Assembly (NCBI GenBank): GCA_964602655.1 | Contig: CAZRSF010000014.1 | Coordinates: 21,749 to 85,748, forward strand | Direction of reading: 5' to 3' | Source: an uncultured Candidatus Moduliflexus sp. | GTDB taxonomy: Bacteria > Moduliflexota > Moduliflexia > Moduliflexales > Moduliflexaceae | Length of the DNA: 64,000 nucleotides | The notes under the pieces: generated by a model | Told to the model about the DNA's origin: nothing | The model's database searches: none | Seen by the model: only the letters and a program-made list of their open reading frames with translations | Made by a program: the position numbers and the translations under genes | Shown: piece by piece, positions 1 through 9,381 of the stretch | How positions within the stretch are numbered: position 1 is the stretch's first letter | Layout of the letters: every line of letters begins with the position of its first letter

Positions 1-608
1 CTGAAGCGCAGATTCAACTGCTGCGCAACTCCATGAAGGATTTGACGATGACCGCGCCGATTGATGGAATTATTGATGAAAAGCATTTCAACGTGAATGA
101 AATTCCGGCTTCTGGCGATGTCATCTATCATGTCGTGGATATTCGCCAGGTCTATGTGGACATCGAAGTCCCGGAAACGCATATTTCGCAGATTCGTGAA
201 AACATGCCGATTGACGTGGTGATTGACTCGTTGAACGGGCAGCAGTTCAGCGGAGTCGTCGAACGGATCATCCCGACTGGAAATGCCGCGAACCGCAATT
301 TCACGGCCAAAGTGTTAGTGCAAAATGCTGACTTGTCTATCAAACCGGGCATGTTTGCGCGAGCCAATGCGAAGGTCGAATCGTTTCCGAATGCGCTGAT
401 GCTCGATAAAAAGGCGCTGCTGAAGGAACTGGAGCAATACTACGTCTTCAAAGTGACCGACGGCCAGGCGCAGAAAGTGGCAGTAAATGTCAAATTCCGC
501 GATGAAAACAGCGTGGGCGTCCTCTCGGATGAATTGACGCAGGCCGATCAGGTGGTTATCGAAGGCGCGCGCATGTTAGCCCAGAATGACCGCGTCAAGG
601 TGCTGTAA
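1..608 (+). CDS. RND efflux periplasmic adaptor subunit (HlyD/MFP family), 3' portion; the reading frame is open from the window edge (codon phase starts at nt 3)
   Basis: The frame has no stop upstream of the first Met at 33 back to nt 3. The C-terminal beta-barrel/MP-domain-like sequence is typical of AcrA/HlyD adaptors. It is followed after 30 bp by an RND pump gene. Confidence 0.75.
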   Translation, partial: EAQIQLLRNSMKDLTMTAPIDGIIDEKHFNVNEIPASGDVIYHVVDIRQVYVDIEVPETHISQIRENMPIDVVIDSLNGQQFSGVVERIIPTGNAANRNFTAKVLVQNADLSIKPGMFARANAKVESFPNALMLDKKALLKELEQYYVFKVTDGQAQKVAVNVKFRDENSVGVLSDELTQADQVVIEGARMLAQNDRVKVL

Positions 609-758
609 CCTCATTTGCCACAACTTGCCTGAACGCGCTTGTTGAGGACGTTCAGGCAGAAAACAACTCCTCTTTTCTGGCGTCTGCCAGTTTCGAATCC
701 AACACGGTTTCAATGGAATGCGGGAAACGCCCGTATTTTGTCCGAAGCTCGAAAATAT

Positions 759-3700
759 ATGAATTTCGTTCGTTTGTTTACCCGTCGCCCGGTGACGACG
801 ATCATGCTGTGCGGCATGATGGTGATGTTTGGCGTCTATTCTTACTTTAAATTATCCAAAGATCAATTTCCGAAAATTGATGTTCCTTATGTCATTGTCA
901 CAACGATTTATCCGGGCGCTGGTCCGGAAGAAATCGAATCGCAGGTCACGAAAAAAATCGAAGAAGCGGTCGCTGGCGTCAGCGGATTGAAAAGCCAGGA
1001 ATCCATCTCGCAAGAGAACCTCTCCATCATCGCGGCGGAGTTCGAATTATCCGTGAATGGCGACGACGCTGAAAGCGATACCCGGTCGAAAGTCGAACAA
1101 ATCCTCAACGATCTGCCGGATGACGCGCAGAAGCCGGTGATTGCGCAATTCGATCTGAACGCCCTGCCGATTGCTCAGATTGCTGTCGTCGCCCCGCGTC
1201 CGGTGGAAGAAATCTATCAAGTCGTGGATGACAACATGATTGACCGGTTCATGCAGATTCAGGGATTGGCAAAGGTGCAGGTGTTCGGCGAGAAAGAACG
1301 CGAAATCGTGGTGTCGGTCTCCTCGAAAAAATTGGAGGCCTTCGGCTTAAGCATTCTCGATATTGATAACATGATCAGCTATTTTAACATGAAAATGCCT
1401 GCCGGTCGCGTGGTTGAAGGCGAACAGGAAATCAATATCAAGCTGCATGGCGAATTCCCCTCGTTAGACGCGCTGAAAACACTGGAAATTCCGACAAGCA
1501 ACGGCGTGATTCGGCTGGCTGACGTGGCGACGATAGAAGATACCTTTCAGGACGTCCGCAATATGGCGAAAATGGACGGAAAGACCGCCGTCGGCCTCTC
1601 TTTGACGAAATCCGGCAGCGCCAATACGCTGGAAATCATGCAGGATGTCAAAAAATTGATTGCCAAACTCCAGGCGGAAATCCCGGCAGATTACCAGATC
1701 GTGCTGGCGAACGACAAATCCCAGATTATTCAGGATTCGATCAATGATGTGCTCTCCAACCTCGGCGTCGGCATTCTGCTGACAGCAGGCGTGTTGCTCC
1801 TCTTCCTGCAAAACGTCCGGCTGACGCTGATTGCGACCGTGACGCTGCCGGTCGCCGTGATTTCGACCTTTTCGTTGATGTATGCCTCCGGTTATACCGC
1901 CAACATGATGTCGTTGATGGCGATGGCGCTGTCAGTCGGCGTGCTCGTGGCGAACGCGATTGTTGTCCTGGAAAATATCCAGCGCCATCTCGTTGAAAAT
2001 CATCTCTCTCCGCTTGACGCCGCAGAACAAGGCACGTCCGAAATCGTGATCGCGGTCGTCGGCTCGGCCTTGACCAACCTCGCGGTCTTTTTCCCGGTCG
2101 CCATGATGTCCAGCATGGTCGGGCGATTCTTCAAGGAATTCGGCATGACCACCGTGTTTGCAACCGTGATTTCGTTGTTTTTAGCCTTTACGCTGACGCC
2201 GATGTTGAGCGCCAAATGGCTGAAAGCGCAATCATTCGACACGAAAAAAGGTCTGTTTTCCTGGTTTACGCGCGGCTGGGATGCCATGTACGGCGTCTGC
2301 GAACGCGCCTATCGTTCGACGCTGCGCGTGTCGCTGCGATTTCGCTGGTTCACGGTACTCGGAATGTTGCTGCTCTTTGTCGGTTCATTTGTTTGTCTGA
2401 AATGGATCGGCGGCGAATTTATCACCAAGTCCGATCAAGGGCAGTTGAACGTGCAAATCGAAAAAGCGGTGGACGAATCGCTTGAGGGCACGAGCGATAC
2501 GGTGCTTTTCATGGAAGAACGCCTGAAAGCGCTGCCGTATGTCGAGCAATTTTATACGGAAATCGGCGGCAGCGAAGACAGCACGAGCGGCGTGAATGAG
2601 GCCAAAATTACGGTCAAGCTCGTCAATCGCGAACAACGGCAGCAGAATACGAACCAGATCGCCGCTGAATTTCGCCGGATGTTCGCCGACATTCCGGGCG
2701 TCAAATTGACGATTCAACCGTTGGATACCACGCCAGGATCGGGCGAGAAGCCAGTACAATTGAATATTATCGGTCCGAATATAGACGACCTCTTTATCGT
2801 CACGGATCAGGCGATGGCCTTTATGAAAGCCGCGCCTGGCGCGGTGGACGTGGATATGAACTGGCGGCTCGGCAAACCGGAAGTCCGCGTGACGCCAGAT
2901 AACCGGCGCTGCGCTGATTTCGGCGTCACGCCGGCGCAATTGGCCGCCATGTTGCGCGCGTCATATACCGGCAACGTCGGATCGGCCTATCGCGTGAACG
3001 GCGAAGAATACGACATTCGTGTCAAATTGTCGGAAGCAGATCGCGCCGACGCCTCGATGATTGGGTTCTTGCCGATTCAGACGCCGAAAGGCATGATCCG
3101 GCTGGAATCATTGGCGCACATCGAAATGCTCGAAGGGCCAAGCCGCATTTATCGTTCCGATCGGCAGCGTTCCGTCACCATCGGCGCAAACGTCGCGTCC
3201 GGCGGAAATGTCACGGCGATTACACAATCCGTCCAGGCGCAATTAGCGGCGCTGCAACTCCCGGCAGGCGTGACGGTCTCCTGGGAAGGCGACGCGGAAA
3301 TGATGCAAGAAGCGTTCATAGACATGGCGACCGCGTTATTCCTTGCGGTGGCGTTGACCTTCATGCTGTTAGCGATTTTGCTGGAATCGGCGATTCACGC
3401 GCTGACGATTATGTCCACGATTCCATTGGCGCTCGTCGGCGTGTTCGCCTCGTTAGCGCTGACCGGGGCCACGCTGAATATCTTCTCGATGATGGGCGTG
3501 ATTATGCTGGTCGGCATCGTGGTGAACAACGGTCTGCTGATTGTGGATTATGTGCAGGAATTGCGACGCAAAGGGGAGAACTGGCGCGACATTCTGCTGC
3601 AAGCGAGTGTCGTGAAACTGCGCCCGATTCTGATGACCAACGTCGCGATTATCGTCTCCATGATTCCGATGGCGCTCGGCATGGGGCAGGATGGCGAAAT

Positions 3701-3890
3701 GCGCGCGCCGATGGCGATTGTCTCGATTGGCGGGCTGTTTTCGTCCACCTTCATGACGCTCTATCTCATACCGGTGTTGTATTCGCTCGTCGAAAGCATC
3801 CGGGAATTTTTCGCCCGGCGGCGCGCGGCGAAAGATGTTGTCGCCGCGCCACAAACAGCAAGTCTCGAAATTATGCCGGAAAATGGATAA
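759..3890 (+). CDS. RND family multidrug efflux permease (AcrB/AcrD/AcrF-like); the ORF opens at 639 but the likely start is the ATG at 759 (MNFVRLFTRRPV...)
   Basis: About 1040 aa with 12-TM topology and two large periplasmic loops. The N-terminus FxRRPV...Y..L, typical of AcrB, begins at the Met at 759. A hairpin terminator follows the stop. Confidence 0.9.
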   Translation: MNFVRLFTRRPVTTIMLCGMMVMFGVYSYFKLSKDQFPKIDVPYVIVTTIYPGAGPEEIESQVTKKIEEAVAGVSGLKSQESISQENLSIIAAEFELSVNGDDAESDTRSKVEQILNDLPDDAQKPVIAQFDLNALPIAQIAVVAPRPVEEIYQVVDDNMIDRFMQIQGLAKVQVFGEKEREIVVSVSSKKLEAFGLSILDIDNMISYFNMKMPAGRVVEGEQEINIKLHGEFPSLDALKTLEIPTSNGVIRLADVATIEDTFQDVRNMAKMDGKTAVGLSLTKSGSANTLEIMQDVKKLIAKLQAEIPADYQIVLANDKSQIIQDSINDVLSNLGVGILLTAGVLLLFLQNVRLTLIATVTLPVAVISTFSLMYASGYTANMMSLMAMALSVGVLVANAIVVLENIQRHLVENHLSPLDAAEQGTSEIVIAVVGSALTNLAVFFPVAMMSSMVGRFFKEFGMTTVFATVISLFLAFTLTPMLSAKWLKAQSFDTKKGLFSWFTRGWDAMYGVCERAYRSTLRVSLRFRWFTVLGMLLLFVGSFVCLKWIGGEFITKSDQGQLNVQIEKAVDESLEGTSDTVLFMEERLKALPYVEQFYTEIGGSEDSTSGVNEAKITVKLVNREQRQQNTNQIAAEFRRMFADIPGVKLTIQPLDTTPGSGEKPVQLNIIGPNIDDLFIVTDQAMAFMKAAPGAVDVDMNWRLGKPEVRVTPDNRRCADFGVTPAQLAAMLRASYTGNVGSAYRVNGEEYDIRVKLSEADRADASMIGFLPIQTPKGMIRLESLAHIEMLEGPSRIYRSDRQRSVTIGANVASGGNVTAITQSVQAQLAALQLPAGVTVSWEGDAEMMQEAFIDMATALFLAVALTFMLLAILLESAIHALTIMSTIPLALVGVFASLALTGATLNIFSMMGVIMLVGIVVNNGLLIVDYVQELRRKGENWRDILLQASVVKLRPILMTNVAIIVSMIPMALGMGQDGEMRAPMAIVSIGGLFSSTFMTLYLIPVLYSLVESIREFFARRRAAKDVVAAPQTASLEIMPENG

Positions 3891-3913
3891 GGCGAGATGA
3901 CGCAGAAGAAAGA

Positions 3914-3945
3914 CCTCACAGGTTTTCGAAACCTGTGAGGTTTGG
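3914..3945. terminator. Perfect 12-bp stem hairpin (cctcacaggttt-tcg-aaacctgtgagg) followed by TTTG, downstream of the RND pump
   Basis: Inverted repeat read directly from the sequence; a T-run follows. Confidence 0.6.
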
Positions 3946-4145
3946 GTTCGGCATTCCTTCCTGAAAAACAACTCTTCGTCATAGTCGGAATTTCCCCCCG
4001 CAAAATGCCACAAATTTGTCTTGACAATTTCACTATCTCATTTTTCAGATAAACTCCTGTTGTGAATTCTCTGAAAACCGGGAAGGAATGCGAAGTCGTG
4101 TATTTCATTCCCTCATGCACTTAACTTGTAGGAGGACTGTAAGTT

Positions 4146-5315
4146 ATGAAAAAAGCGGTTGTTCTTCTTACCTTGCTTGTATTCGGATTGCTCCTGACAT
4201 CAGCGTTTGCGGCAGATGATGAATGGGGCGTGATTACGATTCCGAAAGGTCAGACGATTCATCTTGGCTTCTCGGCAGCCCTGACGGGCGATTATGCCAA
4301 TCTCGGCCTGGATGAACAAAATGGCGTGATGTTAGCGCTTGAAGACAAAAAGAGCGAAGTGCTCGGCTTCAAAGTCGAGTTGATGGTCGAAGACGACCAG
4401 TGCGAAGGCTCTCCGGCCATGGCAATTGCGGAAAAGTTCAGCGCAGACCCGCAATTTATCGGAATTATCGGCCACATGTGCAGCGGCAGCAGCATTCCGG
4501 CATCCAAAACCTTCGAAAAGAACGGATTCAGCATGATTTCTCCGTCCTCAACAGCGGCGGAATATACGGCGCGCGGCATGAAAAACGTGTTCCGCACCTG
4601 CTTTAACGACGCCGTACAGGGAACGGTTGCGGCGAAATATGCAGCGAACGTGTTGAAGATCAAAACGGCGGTCGTATTGCATGATAAAAGCCAGTATGGT
4701 CAGCCGATTGCCGAGAATTTCAAAACGACATTCGAAAGTCTCGGCGGCAAAGTGTTAGCGTTCGAAGGCGTCACCCGCGGCGAAAAAGATTATCGTCCGG
4801 TGTTGACGAAAATCAAACCGATGAATCCGCAAGCGGTATATTTCGGCGGCATGGCCGCTGAAGGCGCGTTAGTGGCGCGCCAGATGCGCGACGTCGGACT
4901 TGAAAAAGCGCTCTATATGAGCGATGACGGCTGCTACAGCGTGCCGGATTTCATCGAAGGCGCAGGCGATGCATCTGAAGGCGCGTATATCACGTTTGCC
5001 CGTCCGGCTGGCGAAGAATACAAAGCCTGGGAAGAAAAGTTCACCAAACGTTTCGGCAATCCGCCTGTCACATTTGCTCCGCAAGCGTATGATGCGGCCC
5101 TTGCCATCTTAATGGCAGTTGAAAAAGTGGGCACCGTCCAGGATGATGGCAGCCTTGTGATTGGCAAAAAAGCCTTGGCTGACGCGATTCGGGGCATAAC
5201 ATTCAAAGGCGCGACCGGCAATGTCGGCTTCGTCGAAACTGGCGATTCTCAAAGCGAAGTCGTGGTCTGGCAAGTCAAAGACAAACAATTTGTGATTGCT
5301 CCGGGACAAGAGTAA
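4146..5315 (+). CDS. Branched-chain amino acid ABC transporter substrate-binding protein (LivJ/LivK family)
   Basis: N-terminal signal peptide (LLTLLVFGLLLTSAFA). Type I periplasmic binding fold motifs are present. It is first in a liv-type operon, with AGGAGG 8 nt upstream of the ATG. Confidence 0.88.
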   Translation: MKKAVVLLTLLVFGLLLTSAFAADDEWGVITIPKGQTIHLGFSAALTGDYANLGLDEQNGVMLALEDKKSEVLGFKVELMVEDDQCEGSPAMAIAEKFSADPQFIGIIGHMCSGSSIPASKTFEKNGFSMISPSSTAAEYTARGMKNVFRTCFNDAVQGTVAAKYAANVLKIKTAVVLHDKSQYGQPIAENFKTTFESLGGKVLAFEGVTRGEKDYRPVLTKIKPMNPQAVYFGGMAAEGALVARQMRDVGLEKALYMSDDGCYSVPDFIEGAGDASEGAYITFARPAGEEYKAWEEKFTKRFGNPPVTFAPQAYDAALAILMAVEKVGTVQDDGSLVIGKKALADAIRGITFKGATGNVGFVETGDSQSEVVVWQVKDKQFVIAPGQE

Positions 5316-5406
5316 TCGCGAAGAAGGCATGAAGCAAGACCGTAATGCGTAATGATTTGTCCCGCAAATCTTACGCATTACGTGTTTTTACGCATCCTGA
5401 ACCCAC

Positions 5407-6732
5407 GTGAAAATTATTAAATTACTATTGAGTTTCGTCGGGGCGTTTCTTCTACTGTTTGCGCTCCAATTCTATCGCCAATCGTCGGAACCGCGTTCCT
5501 TTATTTGGGAAACTGTCGAAGTCGAACAGGTTTTGGCAACGTTTGGGGCAAAAGATGTTTCCGTGTCTGAGAAGAACATTGTGACCTTCACTCTTGAACA
5601 AGGGAACGCGGCGTTGGATGGGTTGCAAGGAACCGTAGCGCTCTACCCCAGCGCCCCACTTGAACAAACTGTTGAGATTCCTCAGGGTCAGGAGTCACTT
5701 GAACCGAAGATATTTCGTAACGATCAGGGGCTGATTCAATTCGTGTTCAGCGATGGACAGCAGCAGTTGTTTCGCACCGCAGCCCAAGAACGGGCATTTT
5801 CCATGAAAAACGCTGCACGTCAGATTGTGTTGCAATTCATCAATGGCATCACGCTTGGCGGCGTCTATGCGCTCGTCGCTGTCGGATATACGCTCGTGTA
5901 TGGCATTATGATGATGATCAATTTTGCGCACGGCGAAATCTTCATGTTTGGCGCGTATGGGGCGTTTTTTGCGTTTTCGGCGTTGGTAACGTCCGAAGAA
6001 CTCAAATTACCGTGGGTGTTGGCATTTTTGGCGTCATTGTTGATCGCAATGGTCGTGTCTGCCGGCATCGGCCTGTCAGCCGAACGCGCGGCCTACCGCC
6101 CCTTGCGCAACGCGCCGCGTTTAACCCTGTTAATCAGCGCAATCGGCGCATCCATTTTTTTGCAAAACGTCATGATGCTGATTACATCCGGTCGCATCAA
6201 ATATTACCCGAACCAGGCGCTTGTCAAAGGATCGATTCCTTTGCCTGGAGGCGTCTCGATTGAAAAAATCGGCGTACTCATCATTGCGCTTTCGATTGTC
6301 ATGATGGCAGGATTATATCTCATCATCCAAAAAACCAAGATTGGCAAGGCGATCCGGGCGGTGGCCGAAGATCGCGATACGGCCTCGCTGATGGGAATCA
6401 ATGTCAATCGAATTATTGTCACCACCTTTCTCTTAGGTTCGAGTATGGCTGGCGCAGGCGGCATCATGGTCGGGCTGCGAGATACGCAGATCAATCACAT
6501 GATGGGCTTTCTGCCTGGCATGAAAGCATTCACTGCCGCAGTGCTCGGCGGTATCGGCAATATTCCCGGCGCGATGTTCGGCGGCTATTTTCTTGGCGTG
6601 GCGGAGGCGCTCGGCGCGCAATTCATGCCCGCCGAATATAAAGATGTCATTGCATTTACGCTGCTCGTGTTTATTCTCATCTTCCGTCCGACAGGCCTGA
6701 TGGGAGAAGTTCTGGCAACCAAAAAAATGTAA
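5407..6732 (+). CDS. livH: Branched-chain amino acid ABC transporter permease LivH with a ~130-aa N-terminal extension (GTG start at 5407; the canonical LivH core begins near the Met at 5803)
   Basis: The C-terminal 300 aa have the LivH signature (FINGITLGGVYALVAVGYTLVYGI ... GGIGNIPGAMFGG). An open frame of 132 codons precedes the core; it carries one TM helix and then a soluble segment. Confidence 0.8.
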   Translation: MKIIKLLLSFVGAFLLLFALQFYRQSSEPRSFIWETVEVEQVLATFGAKDVSVSEKNIVTFTLEQGNAALDGLQGTVALYPSAPLEQTVEIPQGQESLEPKIFRNDQGLIQFVFSDGQQQLFRTAAQERAFSMKNAARQIVLQFINGITLGGVYALVAVGYTLVYGIMMMINFAHGEIFMFGAYGAFFAFSALVTSEELKLPWVLAFLASLLIAMVVSAGIGLSAERAAYRPLRNAPRLTLLISAIGASIFLQNVMMLITSGRIKYYPNQALVKGSIPLPGGVSIEKIGVLIIALSIVMMAGLYLIIQKTKIGKAIRAVAEDRDTASLMGINVNRIIVTTFLLGSSMAGAGGIMVGLRDTQINHMMGFLPGMKAFTAAVLGGIGNIPGAMFGGYFLGVAEALGAQFMPAEYKDVIAFTLLVFILIFRPTGLMGEVLATKKM

Positions 6733-6801
6733 GTCGTCATGCTCCATGCGTCACCTGCGGTACCTCGTTTCAGCAGGCGACGTGTTTAGTTTGACTTTCG
6801 T

Positions 6802-7812
6802 ATGGCAGCAATAACTGAAAAATTAACGGAATTTCCTGTGATCAAAGCGTTTCACAGTCTTGATTACCGCATTCGCACTGCCATGTTTTTAGCGGTATTT
6901 ATCGCGCTCCCCTGGCTGGTCGGCCCATATTGGACGCAGGTGCTGTTCAGCGTCGGGCTCTATGTCATGATGGGGATCGGCTTGAATGTCGCGGTCGGCT
7001 TTGCCGGATTGCTCGTGTTAGGATATGCCGCATTTTACGGAATCAGCGCGTACACTTACATGCTCCTGGTACGGGCGCTTGTTCCTGATCCGAGTCAGGG
7101 CTACACGAACTATTTTTGGATGCTGATCCCGATTTGCGTCTTTGTCGCGCTGATTGTCGGAGCGTTGTTAGGCATACCGGTATTACGGACACGCGGCGAT
7201 TATTTAGCGATTGTGACGCTCGGTTTTGGTGAAATTACCCGATTAGTGCTCAACAATATGGACAGCGTGACCAACGGGCCGCAAGGCTTGACCGGCAAAG
7301 CGCCCGCGCTGTTTTCCCTGCAATTCAAAGAACCGATCCATTTCTATTATTTGATTTTAGTCGGCTGCGTGATTGCGATTTTTGTGGCGGATCGGTTGAA
7401 TAACTCCCGGATGGGGCGCGCCTGGATCGCCATGCGGGAAGACGAAGATGTGGCGCGAGCGATGGGGATCAATGTGAATAAATACAAGCTGTTAGCCTTT
7501 GCCATCGGCGCATCGTTTGCCGGGGCCGGCGGCGCGATTTTTGCGGCGCGACAGGGCACGATTTTCCCCAGCGATTTTTCGCTGCTGGTCTCGATCAATG
7601 TGTTATGTTTGATTGTCATCGGCGGCATGGGAAGCATTCCGGGCGTCGTGCTCGGTTCGATTATTTTGATGGGATTGCCGGAAGCGTTGCGGGAAGTGCA
7701 GCAATATCGCTTGTTGGCGTATGGCTTTTTATTGATTATTATGATGCGGTTCCGACCTATGGGATTTATCCCCTCAGCACGCCGCAAATTGAAATTCGAA
7801 CGAGGAGAATGA
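6802..7812 (+). CDS. livM: Branched-chain amino acid ABC transporter permease LivM
   Basis: Multi-TM permease that follows LivH, with the LivM-type GGMGSIPG motif. Confidence 0.85.
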   Translation: MAAITEKLTEFPVIKAFHSLDYRIRTAMFLAVFIALPWLVGPYWTQVLFSVGLYVMMGIGLNVAVGFAGLLVLGYAAFYGISAYTYMLLVRALVPDPSQGYTNYFWMLIPICVFVALIVGALLGIPVLRTRGDYLAIVTLGFGEITRLVLNNMDSVTNGPQGLTGKAPALFSLQFKEPIHFYYLILVGCVIAIFVADRLNNSRMGRAWIAMREDEDVARAMGINVNKYKLLAFAIGASFAGAGGAIFAARQGTIFPSDFSLLVSINVLCLIVIGGMGSIPGVVLGSIILMGLPEALREVQQYRLLAYGFLLIIMMRFRPMGFIPSARRKLKFERGE

Positions 7813-7819
7813 CGCACGT

Positions 7820-8587
7820 ATGGAACTGTTGAGAGCGCAACACCTCACCATGCGCTTTGGCGGGTTGATCGCCCTGCACGACTTGAATTTCGACATCGAA
7901 CGCGGGCGCATCGTGAGTTTGATAGGACCGAATGGCGCGGGAAAAACGACCTTTTTTAATGTCGTCACCGGGTTTTATTCGCCGACAGAAAAAAGCAGTA
8001 TCCAGTTCGACGGTAAAGAACTGGTTGGCATTAGACCCGAACAGATCACTTCCTGCGGCATTGCCAGAACATTCCAAAATATTCGCTTATTCGATAACAT
8101 GACCGCATTGGAAAACGTGCTGGTCGGGCAGCACTGCCGGATGCGCGCTGGCACGTGGGGCGCGTTAATTCGAAATAAGACGACAATGATGGAAGAGCGG
8201 CGAGCGCATCAACGCGCCTACGAATTACTGAAACAGGTGAACTTACATGAGGCTGAAGACGCGCTGGCGAAAAATCTTCCGTATGGCGAGCAACGGCGTC
8301 TTGAGATTGCCAGAGCGCTTGGCACAGAGCCAAAACTGTTGCTATTGGACGAACCATCCGCTGGCATGAATCCGCAGGAGACCTTAGAATTAATCAAACT
8401 CATCGAACGCTTGAATAGAGACTTAGGCATTACAATCCTCCTGATTGAGCATGATATGCGCGTGGTAATGAATATTTCCCATAAGGTTGTCGTGCTGGAT
8501 TACGGCAAAAAAATTGCGGAAGGAACGCCGGAGCAGATTCAGAAAAATGAAAGAGTGATTGAGGCGTATTTAGGGAGGAAACGATAA
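7820..8587 (+). CDS. livG: Branched-chain amino acid ABC transporter ATP-binding protein LivG
   Basis: Walker A GPNGAGKTT, ABC signature LSGGEQQ-like, Walker B LLLDEP, and the LivG-specific insert. Confidence 0.9.
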   Translation: MELLRAQHLTMRFGGLIALHDLNFDIERGRIVSLIGPNGAGKTTFFNVVTGFYSPTEKSSIQFDGKELVGIRPEQITSCGIARTFQNIRLFDNMTALENVLVGQHCRMRAGTWGALIRNKTTMMEERRAHQRAYELLKQVNLHEAEDALAKNLPYGEQRRLEIARALGTEPKLLLLDEPSAGMNPQETLELIKLIERLNRDLGITILLIEHDMRVVMNISHKVVVLDYGKKIAEGTPEQIQKNERVIEAYLGRKR

Positions 8588-8590
8588 CGC

Positions 8591-9313
8591 ATGGCGAAGT
8601 TAGCAGTCAAAAATATTCATACGTTTTATGGCAATATCGAAGCCTTGAAAGGCGTTTCGCTCTTTGTCGAAGAAGGGGAAATCGTCACGTTGATCGGCAG
8701 TAATGGCGCCGGAAAAAGCACGACACTGAATAGCATCTGTGGCCTTTTGACGCCTCGCCAGGGGGAAATTTATTTGGAAGAACACCGTATAGATCGCCTC
8801 CCGGCGCATAATATTGTCACGCGAGGCATTTCGCAATCTCCGGAAGGCCGCAAAATCTTTTCGCGGCTGACAGTCATGGAGAATCTTGAAATGGGCGCGT
8901 ATATCAGAAAAGACAGCGCGGCTGACATAAAACGGGATATCGAACATGTATTCGGTCTGTTTCCACGTTTACGCGAACGGGAATGGCAGGTGGCCGGGAC
9001 ATTATCCGGCGGCGAACAACAAATGCTCGCCATCGGTCGGGCGCTCATGTCCAAACCGCGCTTGCTGCTGCTTGACGAGCCGTCAATGGGATTAGCGCCA
9101 CTGCTGGTAGATACCATCTTCGAGATTATCGAAACGATCAACAAACAGGGAATGACGATTTTGTTGGTGGAACAAAATGCCCTGGTTGCCTTATCGATTG
9201 CCCACCGCGGCTATGTGATGCAAGCCGGAGAAGTCGTACTCCACGATACCGCAAAGAATTTACAAGAAAATGAAATGGTACGCCGTCTGTATTTAGGAGA
9301 GGAAGGGTTGTAA
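8591..9313 (+). CDS. livF: Branched-chain amino acid ABC transporter ATP-binding protein LivF
   Basis: Walker A GSNGAGKST, signature LSGGEQQMLAIGRAL, Walker B LLLDEP. It lies 4 nt after the livG stop. Confidence 0.9.
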   Translation: MAKLAVKNIHTFYGNIEALKGVSLFVEEGEIVTLIGSNGAGKSTTLNSICGLLTPRQGEIYLEEHRIDRLPAHNIVTRGISQSPEGRKIFSRLTVMENLEMGAYIRKDSAADIKRDIEHVFGLFPRLREREWQVAGTLSGGEQQMLAIGRALMSKPRLLLLDEPSMGLAPLLVDTIFEIIETINKQGMTILLVEQNALVALSIAHRGYVMQAGEVVLHDTAKNLQENEMVRRLYLGEEGL

Positions 9314-9381
9314 TTTCCCCCTTTTGCTCGCATAAAGCGAAAACGCCCTCTGGAATTTGCTTCCGGAGGGCGTTTTTCTTG

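Noticed and set aside
639-758. Upstream extension of the RND pump ORF
   Set aside because: Family N-termini begin at the MNFxxxFxxRP motif, which is the Met at 759. The upstream 40 codons are not AcrB-like.
2385-4013. Several 100-190-aa minus-strand ORFs inside the RND pump gene
   Set aside because: All lie within the AcrB-like CDS on the opposite strand; none has an RBS or motifs.
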